A DNA stretch of 64,000 nt, from positions 1 to 64,000 of the IMG/VR virus record IMGVR_UViG_3300042988_000771; one strand, given 5' to 3'. The notes under the pieces are model-generated. The model ran no database searches and was not told the DNA's origin. It was given only the letters and a program-made list of their open reading frames with translations. Of this stretch, positions 1 to 9,900 are shown one piece after another; position 1 is the first letter of the stretch; the number at the start of each line of letters is the position of its first letter. The DNA is from a virus. A program made the translations under genes and the position numbers.

Positions 1-745
1 TCCGTGCCCTCGCGATCCGGCTGTCCGTGCGCGAGATGACCCGCTCGTTGACGGTGTTCTGGCTGCCGATCCTGCGCGCCTGCTGACCCGCCTGGCGGGA
101 CTTGTAGCCCAGGACACCGGCTGCCCCCGCGCTTCCCGCTGCCCCACCGGCCAGCCCGTACTGCTCGGCCTTCATCCGGCGCTGGCGACGGTCCTCGGGA
201 TTCAGGCCTGAGTACCTCTTGCGCTTGGGCGGAGCAGCAGGCTTGGGTGCCATCTTGAACTTGCGCTGCTGCGGAGGAGCGACCATCTTCTTGCCCTCGT
301 CATCGACGTCGTCCTCGTAGCGGACGAACTTCCCCGCGGCGATCTTGTTGCGGTAGTCCTTCATCCCCTCGGCCTTGGCGCGTCGCGCGTCTGCCTCTGC
401 CCTCTTGGACTCCATGTCGACGACGGCCTTGTGGACGACTCCGAAGGCTGACTTGGCCACCTTCTCTTCCCTTCTCGCTAGGGCTCGCTCGTTGGCGGCG
501 AAGGTCAGGCCGCTGACCCCACCTACGCCTGCTCCGGTAGTGACCAGGCCCAGCGAGGTCTTGTCCAGGTTGTCAGCAGCCTTGGGCGTCAGGCGCAGCT
601 TCTCGGCGACCTGTGGCGCCCGCTTGAGGGCAGACCGCGTGGCAGCAGCCCCGCCCTTGGTTCCCAGCGCAGACAGGCCCAGCGTGGCTCCCGTGACCGA
701 GAGTCCCGCCTGAATCCGATGGCGCCGGGCCATGTCCTTGGCCAT
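1..745 (-). CDS. AFGV-tagged basic Gly/Ala-rich protein, truncated at window edge
   Basis: Not in the ORF track. ATG at 743-745 overlaps the upstream stop and the frame is open to the edge. Reads MAKDMARR...EKVAKSAFGVVHKAVVD..., with the internal tag at 425-460. Confidence 0.8.
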   Translation of the reverse strand, partial: MAKDMARRHRIQAGLSVTGATLGLSALGTKGGAAATRSALKRAPQVAEKLRLTPKAADNLDKTSLGLVTTGAGVGGVSGLTFAANERALARREEKVAKSAFGVVHKAVVDMESKRAEADARRAKAEGMKDYRNKIAAGKFVRYEDDVDDEGKKMVAPPQQRKFKMAPKPAAPPKRKRYSGLNPEDRRQRRMKAEQYGLAGGAAGSAGAAGVLGYKSRQAGQQARRIGSQNTVNERVISRTDSRIARAR

Positions 746-1212
746 CAGAACCTGTTCTTCCCCGAGACCGGGACGATCTTGATCTTGGAGTTGTGCCTGC
801 CCGCGTTGTACTGGCGGGCGATCTTGTTGGACCGGGCGTTGTGGGCCATGCCAGCCCCGGTCACACCCGCGCCCGCCGTGAAGACGCCGCCCAGCAGGCC
901 AGCGGCGGCCAGCTTGGGCTTGTCCGCCACCCGGCTGATGACCTTCGCCGCCCGCATGGAGCGTGGGCCGACGACCTTGTAGCCGCCGACATCCGTGGTC
1001 TTCTTGTTCGCCAGGAACGCCTGGTGGTTGACCGCGCGAACAGCCTCCGCCACCTGCTCGGGCCTTGCTGCCGCATACGCCCCGCCAGCAGCGGCTGCGC
1101 CCATGAGCGTTCCGCCCGCCGCCCGCCGCCTGTTGGCCTTCTGGCGATGCGACTGCACGCGGGTGATCTCGTCCGAGTAGAGGCCCTTGGAGACCCCGAA
1201 GGCGTCCCTCAT
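745..1212 (-). CDS. AFGV-tagged protein, putative capsid-internal cargo
   Basis: Start moved to MRDAFGVSKG (ATG 1210-1212, just after the upstream stop). Contains two Gly/Ala hydrophobic segments and basic linkers. Confidence 0.8.
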   Translation of the reverse strand: MRDAFGVSKGLYSDEITRVQSHRQKANRRRAAGGTLMGAAAAGGAYAAARPEQVAEAVRAVNHQAFLANKKTTDVGGYKVVGPRSMRAAKVISRVADKPKLAAAGLLGGVFTAGAGVTGAGMAHNARSNKIARQYNAGRHNSKIKIVPVSGKNRF

Positions 1213-1213
1213 G

Positions 1214-2479
1214 TCAGTACCTACGCTGCTTGCCCATGCCGTAGCCCGCTGCCCCAGCCGTGCCAGCAGTAGCGCCAATGGTGCCGACAGCCGCACCCGT
1301 CGGGTGTGCAGCGGCGAAGTTGCCGACCTTGGTCGCGCCGGTCTTGATCTGGTTGAGGCCGGACTTGATGCCCGCTCCCGCGCCTACCGCCCGCGCACCG
1401 GCAGTGCCCGGCTTGTAGGGGGTCACGCCACCCTTGAAGCCAGTCTTGACTGCTCCGATGAGGGGCTTGAAGGAGATCTTCGAGACCTCCTCGTACTCGT
1501 GGTCCACCCCGAATGCGCTCTTGTGAATGTAGGACACGTTCGCCTCCCGCTCTGCGAGCCGCTGACGCAGCGACGCGTTCTCGGCCTCCATGGCCTTGCC
1601 ACGGGCCTTCTGGTACTTCTTCTTGGGGACGATGACGCCGTTGTGATACTCGCTCGCCCGCTCGCCCTTGCGGGCCGCACGCCAGTCGCCGGAGGCCAGC
1701 GCCTCGTTCTGGGCATCGCGTCCTGCGCGGTACTCGTTGGTGGCGGCACCGGACAACGCCCCCATGCCAGCGCCGACTCCTGCACCAATGCCCGCACCAG
1801 CGAGGAGCACCTTGCTCGGCACCCGCCCACCACTGGCAGCCATGCCAGCACCCGACGCCGCGCCCAGCCCTGCGCCCACGGCTGTGTGACCGCCCAGGGT
1901 CCGCCAGTTCTTGCCCGGCCGCTCGCCCTTCTTGGTGTAGCCAGCCTTGGACCGGATGTTGGCAGCGGCCCGCTCGCGCGCGTCCTCGGAGTCGAAGCCC
2001 CAGCCGCGGTCCTTCTTCTTCTCGATCTTGGACTTGTTGGGGTTGGCGCGCAGGTGACTGAGCTCGGCGCTGCGTCGCGCCTCCTGACCGGCAACAGACG
2101 CGCCGATGCGGCGCTTGCCCGACTTGCCGTGCCGGTAGGCCGCGTAGCCACCCACGGCGGCAGTGGTGCCAAGGAGCCCGCCAACGGCCCCGCCCGCACG
2201 CACGCGCGAGGCGCCCTCAACGGCCTTCATGGCGCTGAGGGTTCCGCCCACATTCGCGCTGCCCCCACTAGCAGCCCGCACGCCGTTCTCCACGGCGATG
2301 GCGCGCTGGGCACGGCTCACGTTGCGCAGCCTGGTGCCCGCCGTCCGTGCGCCGATCCGCTTGCCCGCGCTCTGGCCGACGATTGAGCCGCCCAGGAAGG
2401 CACCGGCGTACTTGGTGTTCCGCTTGTCGCCTTCCTCGCCCTTCCAGGCCTTGGCAACGCCGAACGCATCGGTGGTCAT
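1214..2479 (-). CDS. AFGV-tagged polyprotein with glycine-zipper segments
   Basis: Start MTTDAFGVAKA (ATGA overlap with the upstream gene). Internal YIHKSAFGVDHEYEEVSK and several GxxxG-rich helices. Confidence 0.8.
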   Translation of the reverse strand: MTTDAFGVAKAWKGEEGDKRNTKYAGAFLGGSIVGQSAGKRIGARTAGTRLRNVSRAQRAIAVENGVRAASGGSANVGGTLSAMKAVEGASRVRAGGAVGGLLGTTAAVGGYAAYRHGKSGKRRIGASVAGQEARRSAELSHLRANPNKSKIEKKKDRGWGFDSEDARERAAANIRSKAGYTKKGERPGKNWRTLGGHTAVGAGLGAASGAGMAASGGRVPSKVLLAGAGIGAGVGAGMGALSGAATNEYRAGRDAQNEALASGDWRAARKGERASEYHNGVIVPKKKYQKARGKAMEAENASLRQRLAEREANVSYIHKSAFGVDHEYEEVSKISFKPLIGAVKTGFKGGVTPYKPGTAGARAVGAGAGIKSGLNQIKTGATKVGNFAAAHPTGAAVGTIGATAGTAGAAGYGMGKQRRY

Positions 2480-4803
2480 TTCACTGCTCTCCCTACCCGC
2501 AAAACCTCGTCGGCATGCGAAATGGCGTTGTTGATCTTGGCGGCCAGCTTGGGCTGGGGCTTGCTTGCTTCGGCACGCAGTTCCTCGATGGGACGGGCTG
2601 CGTTGGGCTTGCGGGCACGGCGTACGTGCCCGCTCATGAACCTGTCCGTCACCACCGTGGCCAGCGTGCGTGGGGCCTTCTCCGGGCGGTCCACGACCTT
2701 CACCGGGACCTTGTCCAGCCCCGCCCACTCGGATGCCTGGAGGCGATGGTGGCCGCCCCGGATGACCGACTTCCCGTTCTTGTAGCGGTGGACGACGATC
2801 GGCTCGTCGGGCTTGAACCCCGACTCGGCCATGTTGACGGCGATGCGGGCGGTGTGGGACCGGTTGCCCGCTCGCGCTCCGCCCCCGCGCGCGATGGCCC
2901 GCAGGTCGGACACGGAGGCCTGGCCGCTCTTGGCCGACTCCGAGATGCGCTCGGACGCCCCGCCGTCGTCAGGAAGCTTCTTCCAGTAGGGGGTGGCTGC
3001 TCCTCCTGCGACCGCCACGCCACCAGCGACGGCCGCTTCCTCCTTGTGGCCCTTGGAGATGTAGTTCTTCTCCACCCGCTTGCCCGAGCCGTGGATGGAG
3101 AAGCCCGTGCGCTCTCCGTTCTTGACCATGTCCCACTGCTTGTCGTCGTTCACCTTGAAGCCCACCCACCAGCCGTGGGGGAGAGCGTCCGAGCGCAGGC
3201 CCATCTTCTGGAGCTTCTCGGGGGTGACGACGAAGGACTCCACCATGTCCGAGGTGTGCAGGGGCAGCTCTCCGTCACGGGAGTGCATGTCCCCGCCCTT
3301 GCGGGAGTCGATGACGTAGGAGTACGCCGCCTTCTCGATCTCCTCCAGCGGGATGTAGTCGCCCTGGAGGTCGATGACCTCCTCGCCGTTCAGGTGGGTG
3401 ACCGTGCACCAGCCGAACACCTGGCGCTTGTCGGTGTCCATCTTGGCGATCTCGCCCGTCCAGGTCAGTTCGGGACCGGCATCCTTGCGGACCTTCTGCT
3501 TCTTGGGCTTGAGCGTCTTGCGGGGTGCATGGCCGATCGGCACGCCGTACTTCTTGGCCCGGTGGTTGGCACCCAGCTGAGCCACGCCCACCGGGATGGT
3601 CGCCGCGCCTGCCACGCCGCCCGCGCCGATGAGGGCGAGCTTGCGGCCCTTGCGGTAGAGCTTGTCACCCGTCTGGTTGACGGTGTTCGCAACGTGGTCG
3701 GCGGCGCCCTTGATCTGGCCACCGACGTTGTCGGCCGCCGTCTTGACGGAGCCTGCCGCGCCCTTGACGGCGTCCCGCGTCTCGTTGACGCCCGCCCGCA
3801 CGTCCCCGACAGTCCCGCGAACCTCGTCCACCGTGCGGTTGACGCTCTCGGGCAGCTTGCGCGACTCGGCACCTGCGGACTGAATCGTGGACCGGGCCTC
3901 CGTGCCTGCCGCCCGCACAGTGGTGCGAGCCTCCTCGCCCGCTGCCTTCATGCCGCCACGGATGACGTTCTGGGCCTCGTCCCCGCCCGCCTTGAGGGCG
4001 GCCAGGCCGATCTTGCCCGCCTCGGTCTTGAAGCTCTTGGTGATGTCGTCACGACGACGCAGGGCCAGCGGCTTGGTGGCCGCCTTGGCCTTCTTGTAGT
4101 TGCCGATCGCCTTCGTGGCGGCCGGGTCGATTGCCCGGTAGCCCTCCCGTGCCATCTGGACCTTCTTGGACGGGACGATCGCGCTCATGTCCACGAGCTG
4201 CTCGGCAGCCTGGTGGATCGCCCGCGCATCGGGGGAGTCGGCCTTGGCGACCGTGTCGAGCAGGTCGCTGGCCATGCGCACGGCGGTGTCCGTGTCGATG
4301 CGTCCTGCCCGGCGAGCCTGGACGATGTCCCCGAGCGCCTTCTTGATCTCCTTCTTGGCCTCGCGACCGAGCACCCGGTTGGCCACGACGTCGCCCACGG
4401 TGTTGCCCGCCTGGAGGGTGACCGCGCCACCGGCGCCGATCCGGTACAGCCGGGCACGCCCCTCCTTCGTGGCGAGGTAGCGCCCGGCAGCCGTCGATGG
4501 CTCCTTCGAGTGCTTCCCCGATGCCGCGAGCATGCTGGTGACCGGACCGCCCTTGTAGGCGTCCGGGATGCTGCGGCGCAGGGCGGGGTTCTTGGCAGCC
4601 GCGACGAGGGCGGCGCCACCGGCTGCCAGCCCGACGACGTTGGAGGCGAGGCCAACCTGAGCCTCGCGCTTCTCCCGCTTCGCCTTGGCGCTGGGAACAT
4701 GGACCTCGGACGCATCTGCCTGCTTGGACACCACATCCCAGAGTTCACGGGAGTCGACGGCGTTTCCGAAGAGCTCGGCCACGATCACGTCGAAGGCGTC
4801 CAT
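2476..4803 (-). CDS. Prohead protease polyprotein: XkdF-like (peptidase S78-type) domain plus C-terminal ParB-like domain
   Basis: KRQVFGW...IDLQGD...GDMH...VESF...GWWVGFKV...TGFSIHG matches XkdF-type phage proteases (~3070-3460). IVV...IRGGHHRLQA...VPVKV is ParB/Srx-like (~2680-2900). Start MDAFDV is inferred from promoter spacing; the alternative start is 4821. Confidence 0.8.
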   Translation of the reverse strand: MDAFDVIVAELFGNAVDSRELWDVVSKQADASEVHVPSAKAKREKREAQVGLASNVVGLAAGGAALVAAAKNPALRRSIPDAYKGGPVTSMLAASGKHSKEPSTAAGRYLATKEGRARLYRIGAGGAVTLQAGNTVGDVVANRVLGREAKKEIKKALGDIVQARRAGRIDTDTAVRMASDLLDTVAKADSPDARAIHQAAEQLVDMSAIVPSKKVQMAREGYRAIDPAATKAIGNYKKAKAATKPLALRRRDDITKSFKTEAGKIGLAALKAGGDEAQNVIRGGMKAAGEEARTTVRAAGTEARSTIQSAGAESRKLPESVNRTVDEVRGTVGDVRAGVNETRDAVKGAAGSVKTAADNVGGQIKGAADHVANTVNQTGDKLYRKGRKLALIGAGGVAGAATIPVGVAQLGANHRAKKYGVPIGHAPRKTLKPKKQKVRKDAGPELTWTGEIAKMDTDKRQVFGWCTVTHLNGEEVIDLQGDYIPLEEIEKAAYSYVIDSRKGGDMHSRDGELPLHTSDMVESFVVTPEKLQKMGLRSDALPHGWWVGFKVNDDKQWDMVKNGERTGFSIHGSGKRVEKNYISKGHKEEAAVAGGVAVAGGAATPYWKKLPDDGGASERISESAKSGQASVSDLRAIARGGGARAGNRSHTARIAVNMAESGFKPDEPIVVHRYKNGKSVIRGGHHRLQASEWAGLDKVPVKVVDRPEKAPRTLATVVTDRFMSGHVRRARKPNAARPIEELRAEASKPQPKLAAKINNAISHADEVLRVGRAVK

Positions 4804-4809
4804 GTTCCT

Positions 4810-4828
4810 ATCGTCCTGCATCAGTCAC
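4810..4828 (-). promoter_or_regulatory. Late promoter motif, protease gene
   Basis: GTGAC-TGATGCAG-GACGAT-N6-ATG. Confidence 0.55.
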
Positions 4829-4834
4829 TCCACT

Positions 4835-6934
4835 TCACGGTGCGTCCAGCAGTTCGAGGTCGATGATGAGCACGCTCCTGACGGCCGGATCACCATCAGG
4901 TGACGGAACGTACTCATGCCTGGTCACCTTGTACTTGCCCTCGATCACCGACTTGTTTGGCGCATAGGGGCTGAGGTCTACCGGTCCCTCGTCGGTTCCC
5001 CACCATCCGTTCTTGAAGCGGAACAGGATGGGGACGATCGCGCGCGTGGAGCCCTCGTCCATTCCGTACCGGCTGATGGAGACGTCCTCGGGATCGTAGG
5101 AGCCGTACTGGCGTGCCTGTCGTGCGGCGTCCTGCCACAGTTCGCCCAGATTGTTCTCGCGCTCGTTGTTGACCGCAGCGGTCATCTCAATGGCAATCTC
5201 GCTGGCGCTGGCGCTCTTGATCCAGTGAGGATTGGTGAGCTCCTCGCTGGCCGCCGCCCGAGCAGAGTCTGCGGTCAGCGTCCGAGCGGCAAGGTGGGTC
5301 AGGTAGGTCTTCTCCTTTCCGGAGAAGGCCTCGGCAGCAGCACCCACCTCTGGGTCTGTGTAGATGTCGATCGCCCCGTCGATCTCGGCGTAGGAGGAGA
5401 TCGTCACGCCCATCCCATCGGCACCGATCTGGTTGCGCAGGAGATCGACCTCATCCGCCGCCATGGCCGCGTCGTAGGCGGAGGTGAAGGCAGGATGGTC
5501 GGCAAGGTCATCGACGAAGTTGTCCTCGGCATGGAGGACGGCGAACCCCTCCACCCCGTGCACGGAGGACGGGTCCTTCTGGATCACGCTGAAGTCGACG
5601 ATCTCCCCCTCGGAGGGCGGATCGTTCGCGTCGATATCAAGGCGTGTCGCGAGCACGTCGGGAACAGCCATCCACGCGTCCGTGTGGTGGACCCCCTCGC
5701 CGCCGAGGTTGGGGCGATCGTGATGCTGGACGATCGTCAGCGCCTGCTTCTTCTCGCCCACCAGGGCGTTCAGCACCGAGGCGTCCGCGACCTGCTGCTT
5801 GGTGTCCACCATCGTGCTCAGCACGGACGCGTCCGCGGCTCCGATGCTGTCCAGCACCGAGGCGTCAGCCAAGGCGCCCAGCACGGCAGCATCCGCCACC
5901 TGCTGGCCCTCGCGTGCCTTGGTGCGCACGGTCGTGCGCGCGTTGACCCGCGTGACCTTCGTGGCCTTGCGGGACTCCGTGGCGGCGAACTCCCCGTCGG
6001 CGTTCCGGTCGAACGGGTCCTTGCCCATCGCCTTGACGACATCGGTGCCCAGGTCGGGGTAGACCAGTTCCAGGTCGCACCGGCAGTTGGGATGGACGAC
6101 AGGGGCGTAGAACCGCTCCCCGCCGATGGTCTCGAAGCGCTCGTTGAGCGGGATGGTCACCCCGTGCAGCGGCCCGCACACCCCGCAGACCAGTTCGTCC
6201 TCGGCGGTGATCCACTTCTTCATGGTCCCCGGAGGCAACTGCCCGGTGCCCTCCATGATCATCCAGACCATGTTCTTGCCCACGCGCGAGGCCTTGTACG
6301 CCTCGGTGGTGCCCAGCCGGTCAGCCCGGTAGAGGAAGGCCCGGTCCACGAACATGCGGCTCGCGACCGGGATGGGATCGGTGACGTACTCGGTCTTGTC
6401 CAGCTTCGTCAGGCCCTGGACGTAGGACTGCATCTGGCGGGCGTCCAGTCCGTACGCCTCCCGCGAGCGCTGCCACGCGAGGTTGGCGCTCCATCCGGAG
6501 TTGACCTGGGCGTTGAACCCCTCCAGCAGCGCCTGCGTGGAGGTGCCGTGGACGTAGTCACCCAGTTCCGAGGCGTAGGAGGTCGCCAGCCGGGTCATCT
6601 CCTCGTAGGTCAACTGCTGGGTGGCACCCAGCCGATAGGCCTGGAGAACGGCTGGCACGGACGCCTGGAGCCACGCGGGGATGACCCGCTTGTAGATCCG
6701 CGCTGCTGCCTCGGCGATCTCCTTGTCGGTGAGCAGGTCCTCCTTGGAGAACTCGTGCTTCATCAGCAGGCGCAGGACCACCAGCGCAGCAGCGATCCCG
6801 ATGCCGATCTTGAGGTAGTCGGGGTGAGTGTCCACAGGCGCGTCCACAGCCTGTGGACCAGTCTCAAGGAAGGAAGGCTGGTTCAGGAACGCCGAGGGGC
6901 TCTGCGCGAGGAACTCCTCGGGCTGGATGCTCAC
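4835..6934 (-). CDS. MuF (SPP1 gp7-like) minor head protein with long C-terminal extension
   Basis: RADRLGTTE...KKWITAEDELVCGVCGPLHG...PVVHPNCRC is the MuF signature. About 400 aa follow it. Confidence 0.85.
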   Translation of the reverse strand: MSIQPEEFLAQSPSAFLNQPSFLETGPQAVDAPVDTHPDYLKIGIGIAAALVVLRLLMKHEFSKEDLLTDKEIAEAAARIYKRVIPAWLQASVPAVLQAYRLGATQQLTYEEMTRLATSYASELGDYVHGTSTQALLEGFNAQVNSGWSANLAWQRSREAYGLDARQMQSYVQGLTKLDKTEYVTDPIPVASRMFVDRAFLYRADRLGTTEAYKASRVGKNMVWMIMEGTGQLPPGTMKKWITAEDELVCGVCGPLHGVTIPLNERFETIGGERFYAPVVHPNCRCDLELVYPDLGTDVVKAMGKDPFDRNADGEFAATESRKATKVTRVNARTTVRTKAREGQQVADAAVLGALADASVLDSIGAADASVLSTMVDTKQQVADASVLNALVGEKKQALTIVQHHDRPNLGGEGVHHTDAWMAVPDVLATRLDIDANDPPSEGEIVDFSVIQKDPSSVHGVEGFAVLHAEDNFVDDLADHPAFTSAYDAAMAADEVDLLRNQIGADGMGVTISSYAEIDGAIDIYTDPEVGAAAEAFSGKEKTYLTHLAARTLTADSARAAASEELTNPHWIKSASASEIAIEMTAAVNNERENNLGELWQDAARQARQYGSYDPEDVSISRYGMDEGSTRAIVPILFRFKNGWWGTDEGPVDLSPYAPNKSVIEGKYKVTRHEYVPSPDGDPAVRSVLIIDLELLDAP

Positions 6935-9900
6935 GCGACCTTCTTGCGCCGGACAGCAGGAGGCTTCAGGCCCATGGCCCTGACGGCGTACTCCACGTCC
7001 GATGTGGTGAACTCGTCCTCCATCTCCGGCGTGACCTGGGGATGCGCCAGCAGCCGCTCGTCATGAGCATCGGCCACCTTCCCCAGGAAGGTGTCCACGA
7101 CGTCGCGTGCGTTGCCGTTGTACTTGGGGTGGGCGTGGATCTGGGCCACCGCATTGGAGATGCGCTTCTTGGTGGCCGCATTGGCCGTGCGGCCCTGCTT
7201 GTCCATCGCGTGGCTGGCGATCTGCACCAGCTCGGGCGCCGTGTAGTCGCGGAACTCGATCACCGTGTTCAGGCGCGACTGGAGGCCGGGGTTGGTCTCC
7301 TCGCGGAACTCCTGCATCTCCTTGGGGTAGCCCGCGAAGATGAACACCGTGTCGGGGTTCTCCGACATGAACGGCACCAGCTCGTCGATGACCTCACGTC
7401 CGTACTCGTTGGAGTTGAGGGTGTAGGCCTCGTCGATGAAGATCACCCCGCCCTTGCCCATCTCCAACTGGTTGCGGGTTCGCTCGGCGATGTCGTTGGC
7501 CGTGCCGCCCACGAGGTCCTTCTTGGACAGCTTGAGGAAGTTGGTGTTCTCGGTCAGGCCGATGTCGTAGTACAGCTTGGTCATGATCTCGGCCACAGTG
7601 GTCTTGCCGGTGCCGGGGTTGCCCGCGAAGATCATGCTCATCGGGCGGTCGGCGTTGGGCTTGCCCATTCGCTCGCGGCGCTTGGCGGCAGCCGCACGCG
7701 CGACCAGGCGGTCCATCTGGCCGACCATCTCGTCCATGCCCACCATCGAGGCGAGCTCGTTGCGGTAGGGAGCCGCTGCTGCCTTCAGGGCGTCGACCTC
7801 GTCGGCAGCCCCCTCCTCGGGGGCGTCATCTTTTGGGACGACCCCCGACAGCGCCTGCTTGGTCTCCTCGTCCGAGAAGGTGTGGATGACGCGGGATGCC
7901 TCGGCATCTGCCGCGGCCTTCTCCGCGTCCGCGCGCTCCTGACGCAGCCTGAAGGCCGTGGAGATGGCGGCGAGGTCCTCGGCCTCCCTGCGAATGTCCT
8001 TGCGCGAGAGGCTCGGCTGAGTGGAGATCAGCTCCTTGTCGTAGTTGTCCCACGCCTGCAAGAACCCGCGCAGGTTGGCGGCACGATCCTTGACGGCGGC
8101 CTTGACCTCGGCATGCGTGCTGTCCATCGTGATGCCCAGCGAGGCCACCTGGGGGTTGACGCTCTTGTTCAGCATCGGCGTGATGACCGACTCGTACCAC
8201 GCCGTCGTCTCCCCGCTGGGGATGCGGGACATGGCGAAGTCCCGGACGCCGAGATTGTTGACCAGCGTCATGTCGTCCTCGGGGAGGGGGATGACCTTGG
8301 GCGAGCGATCCCACATGCCCGCGTCGACGTCGAACATCTTCTTGCTCTTGATGAAGGTGAGTGCGGCCTCCACCTCGCGCTGCCCCGCGGGGTCAGCAAG
8401 GCGAGCCCGGACCTCGTCCTCGGTCCCTCCCAGGACGGCCTTGACCGGATCGGCCTCGCGGAACGCATCGGTGATCGCGCCCTGCGTTCCCGTGGTGTTC
8501 ATCGGGCTGAGCACCGTCTGCGCGCGCAGGGCGCGGATGAGGTCCAGTGTGGCGCTCTGGCGCGACTGCGCGGGATCAACAGGGGCGGGAGTGCGATCGG
8601 GAGACGGGCTGCTCACCCGCACTGTGGTCTGCTGCTCCTCCTCGTCAACGAACTCGTCGGCAGTGGGCTCAGGAGCGTCGCCGCTCTTCTTCCGACTGGA
8701 CCAGTTCTGGTAGTTGATCTGGTCCCCGTGGACCTTCCCCCGGCCCGTGATGGACTCGTCGTAGTAGCCAGTGGCGACCGAGTGCGGGCGGATGTAGCGA
8801 GGCTTGACGTAGCCCCTGTCAGTCTTGTCCGCCGCCAGTCCATCCGTCCACGGGGTGAAGACGGGGTCCTTGATGTAGTACGGGAACTGCTCCTTGAGGG
8901 CGTTCATGGCCGTGGCGTACCCGCGGGCGTTCAGGCGCAGGGGGTTGATCGACTCCGCGTAGACGCGGGTGGCCTTGTCGACCGCACGCTCCACGTCCTT
9001 GATGGCGGCCAGCTCCTCGGCCGCGGAGTCGGGGTTGGCCATCCGTGCGCGGAAGGCGGCCTTGTCCCCGCCCTGGCGGTCGATCTGGATCTCGCGGCGC
9101 TGCGCCCACTCGTCGACGTTGTTGCCCTTGGCGTTGTCGATGACGTGCTGGTTGATGGCGTCCCACTTGACCTTGTTGGTGGCCACCTCGCTGAGCTTCG
9201 GCTCCCTGGGCTCCTTCTCGATCAGGTCGTCCAGCGCCTTGCGGTAGCGATCAGAGTCCTTGGCCCCGTACTTGACGGCCTCCATCTCCAGCTCCACGCG
9301 GCGGTCATGCGGGATGCTCCCCAGGGAGACCTTCTCCGACTTGACCGCATCCAGGACCTGCCCGTAGCGGCCCACCATGCGGGCAGCCTTGTCGTTGTAG
9401 CGACGGGAGCCACGGAAGTCATCGTCGAACTCCATGGTGAACACCCCGGAATGCGACACCACAGTGACCGAGCGAGCGCCGCCCACCAGACCCGTGTAGA
9501 TGTCCTCGGTAGTAAGCCCACCATATGCGCGTGTGCGGATGTACTCCCCGCCCTGGAGCTTCGAGAGGTTCTTGAGGTTGAACGGGAGGTACCAGTCGTC
9601 CCCATAGCCCATCGCCTCCGTGACAACCTCGCCCTTGCGGTCGATGATGATGCCCTGCGAGGGAGGGATCGTCCCCGACTTCCGGTTCAGCTCGTACAGG
9701 CCAGGATCGGGAAGCAGCGAGCGCATGTGCTGGATGGTCCGCGACGGACGGCGATCCTCGCGGACGCCCTCCTCCGGGCGACGGGAGTTGCCCGTCTCGT
9801 CCTTGTACCCGTGGATGAGGGTGTCATGGGCAGCGCGGCCTGACCCCTTCTGCTGGCGCAGGGTGTCGATCTCGTCCTGGTAGCCGGTCCACGGCTTCTT

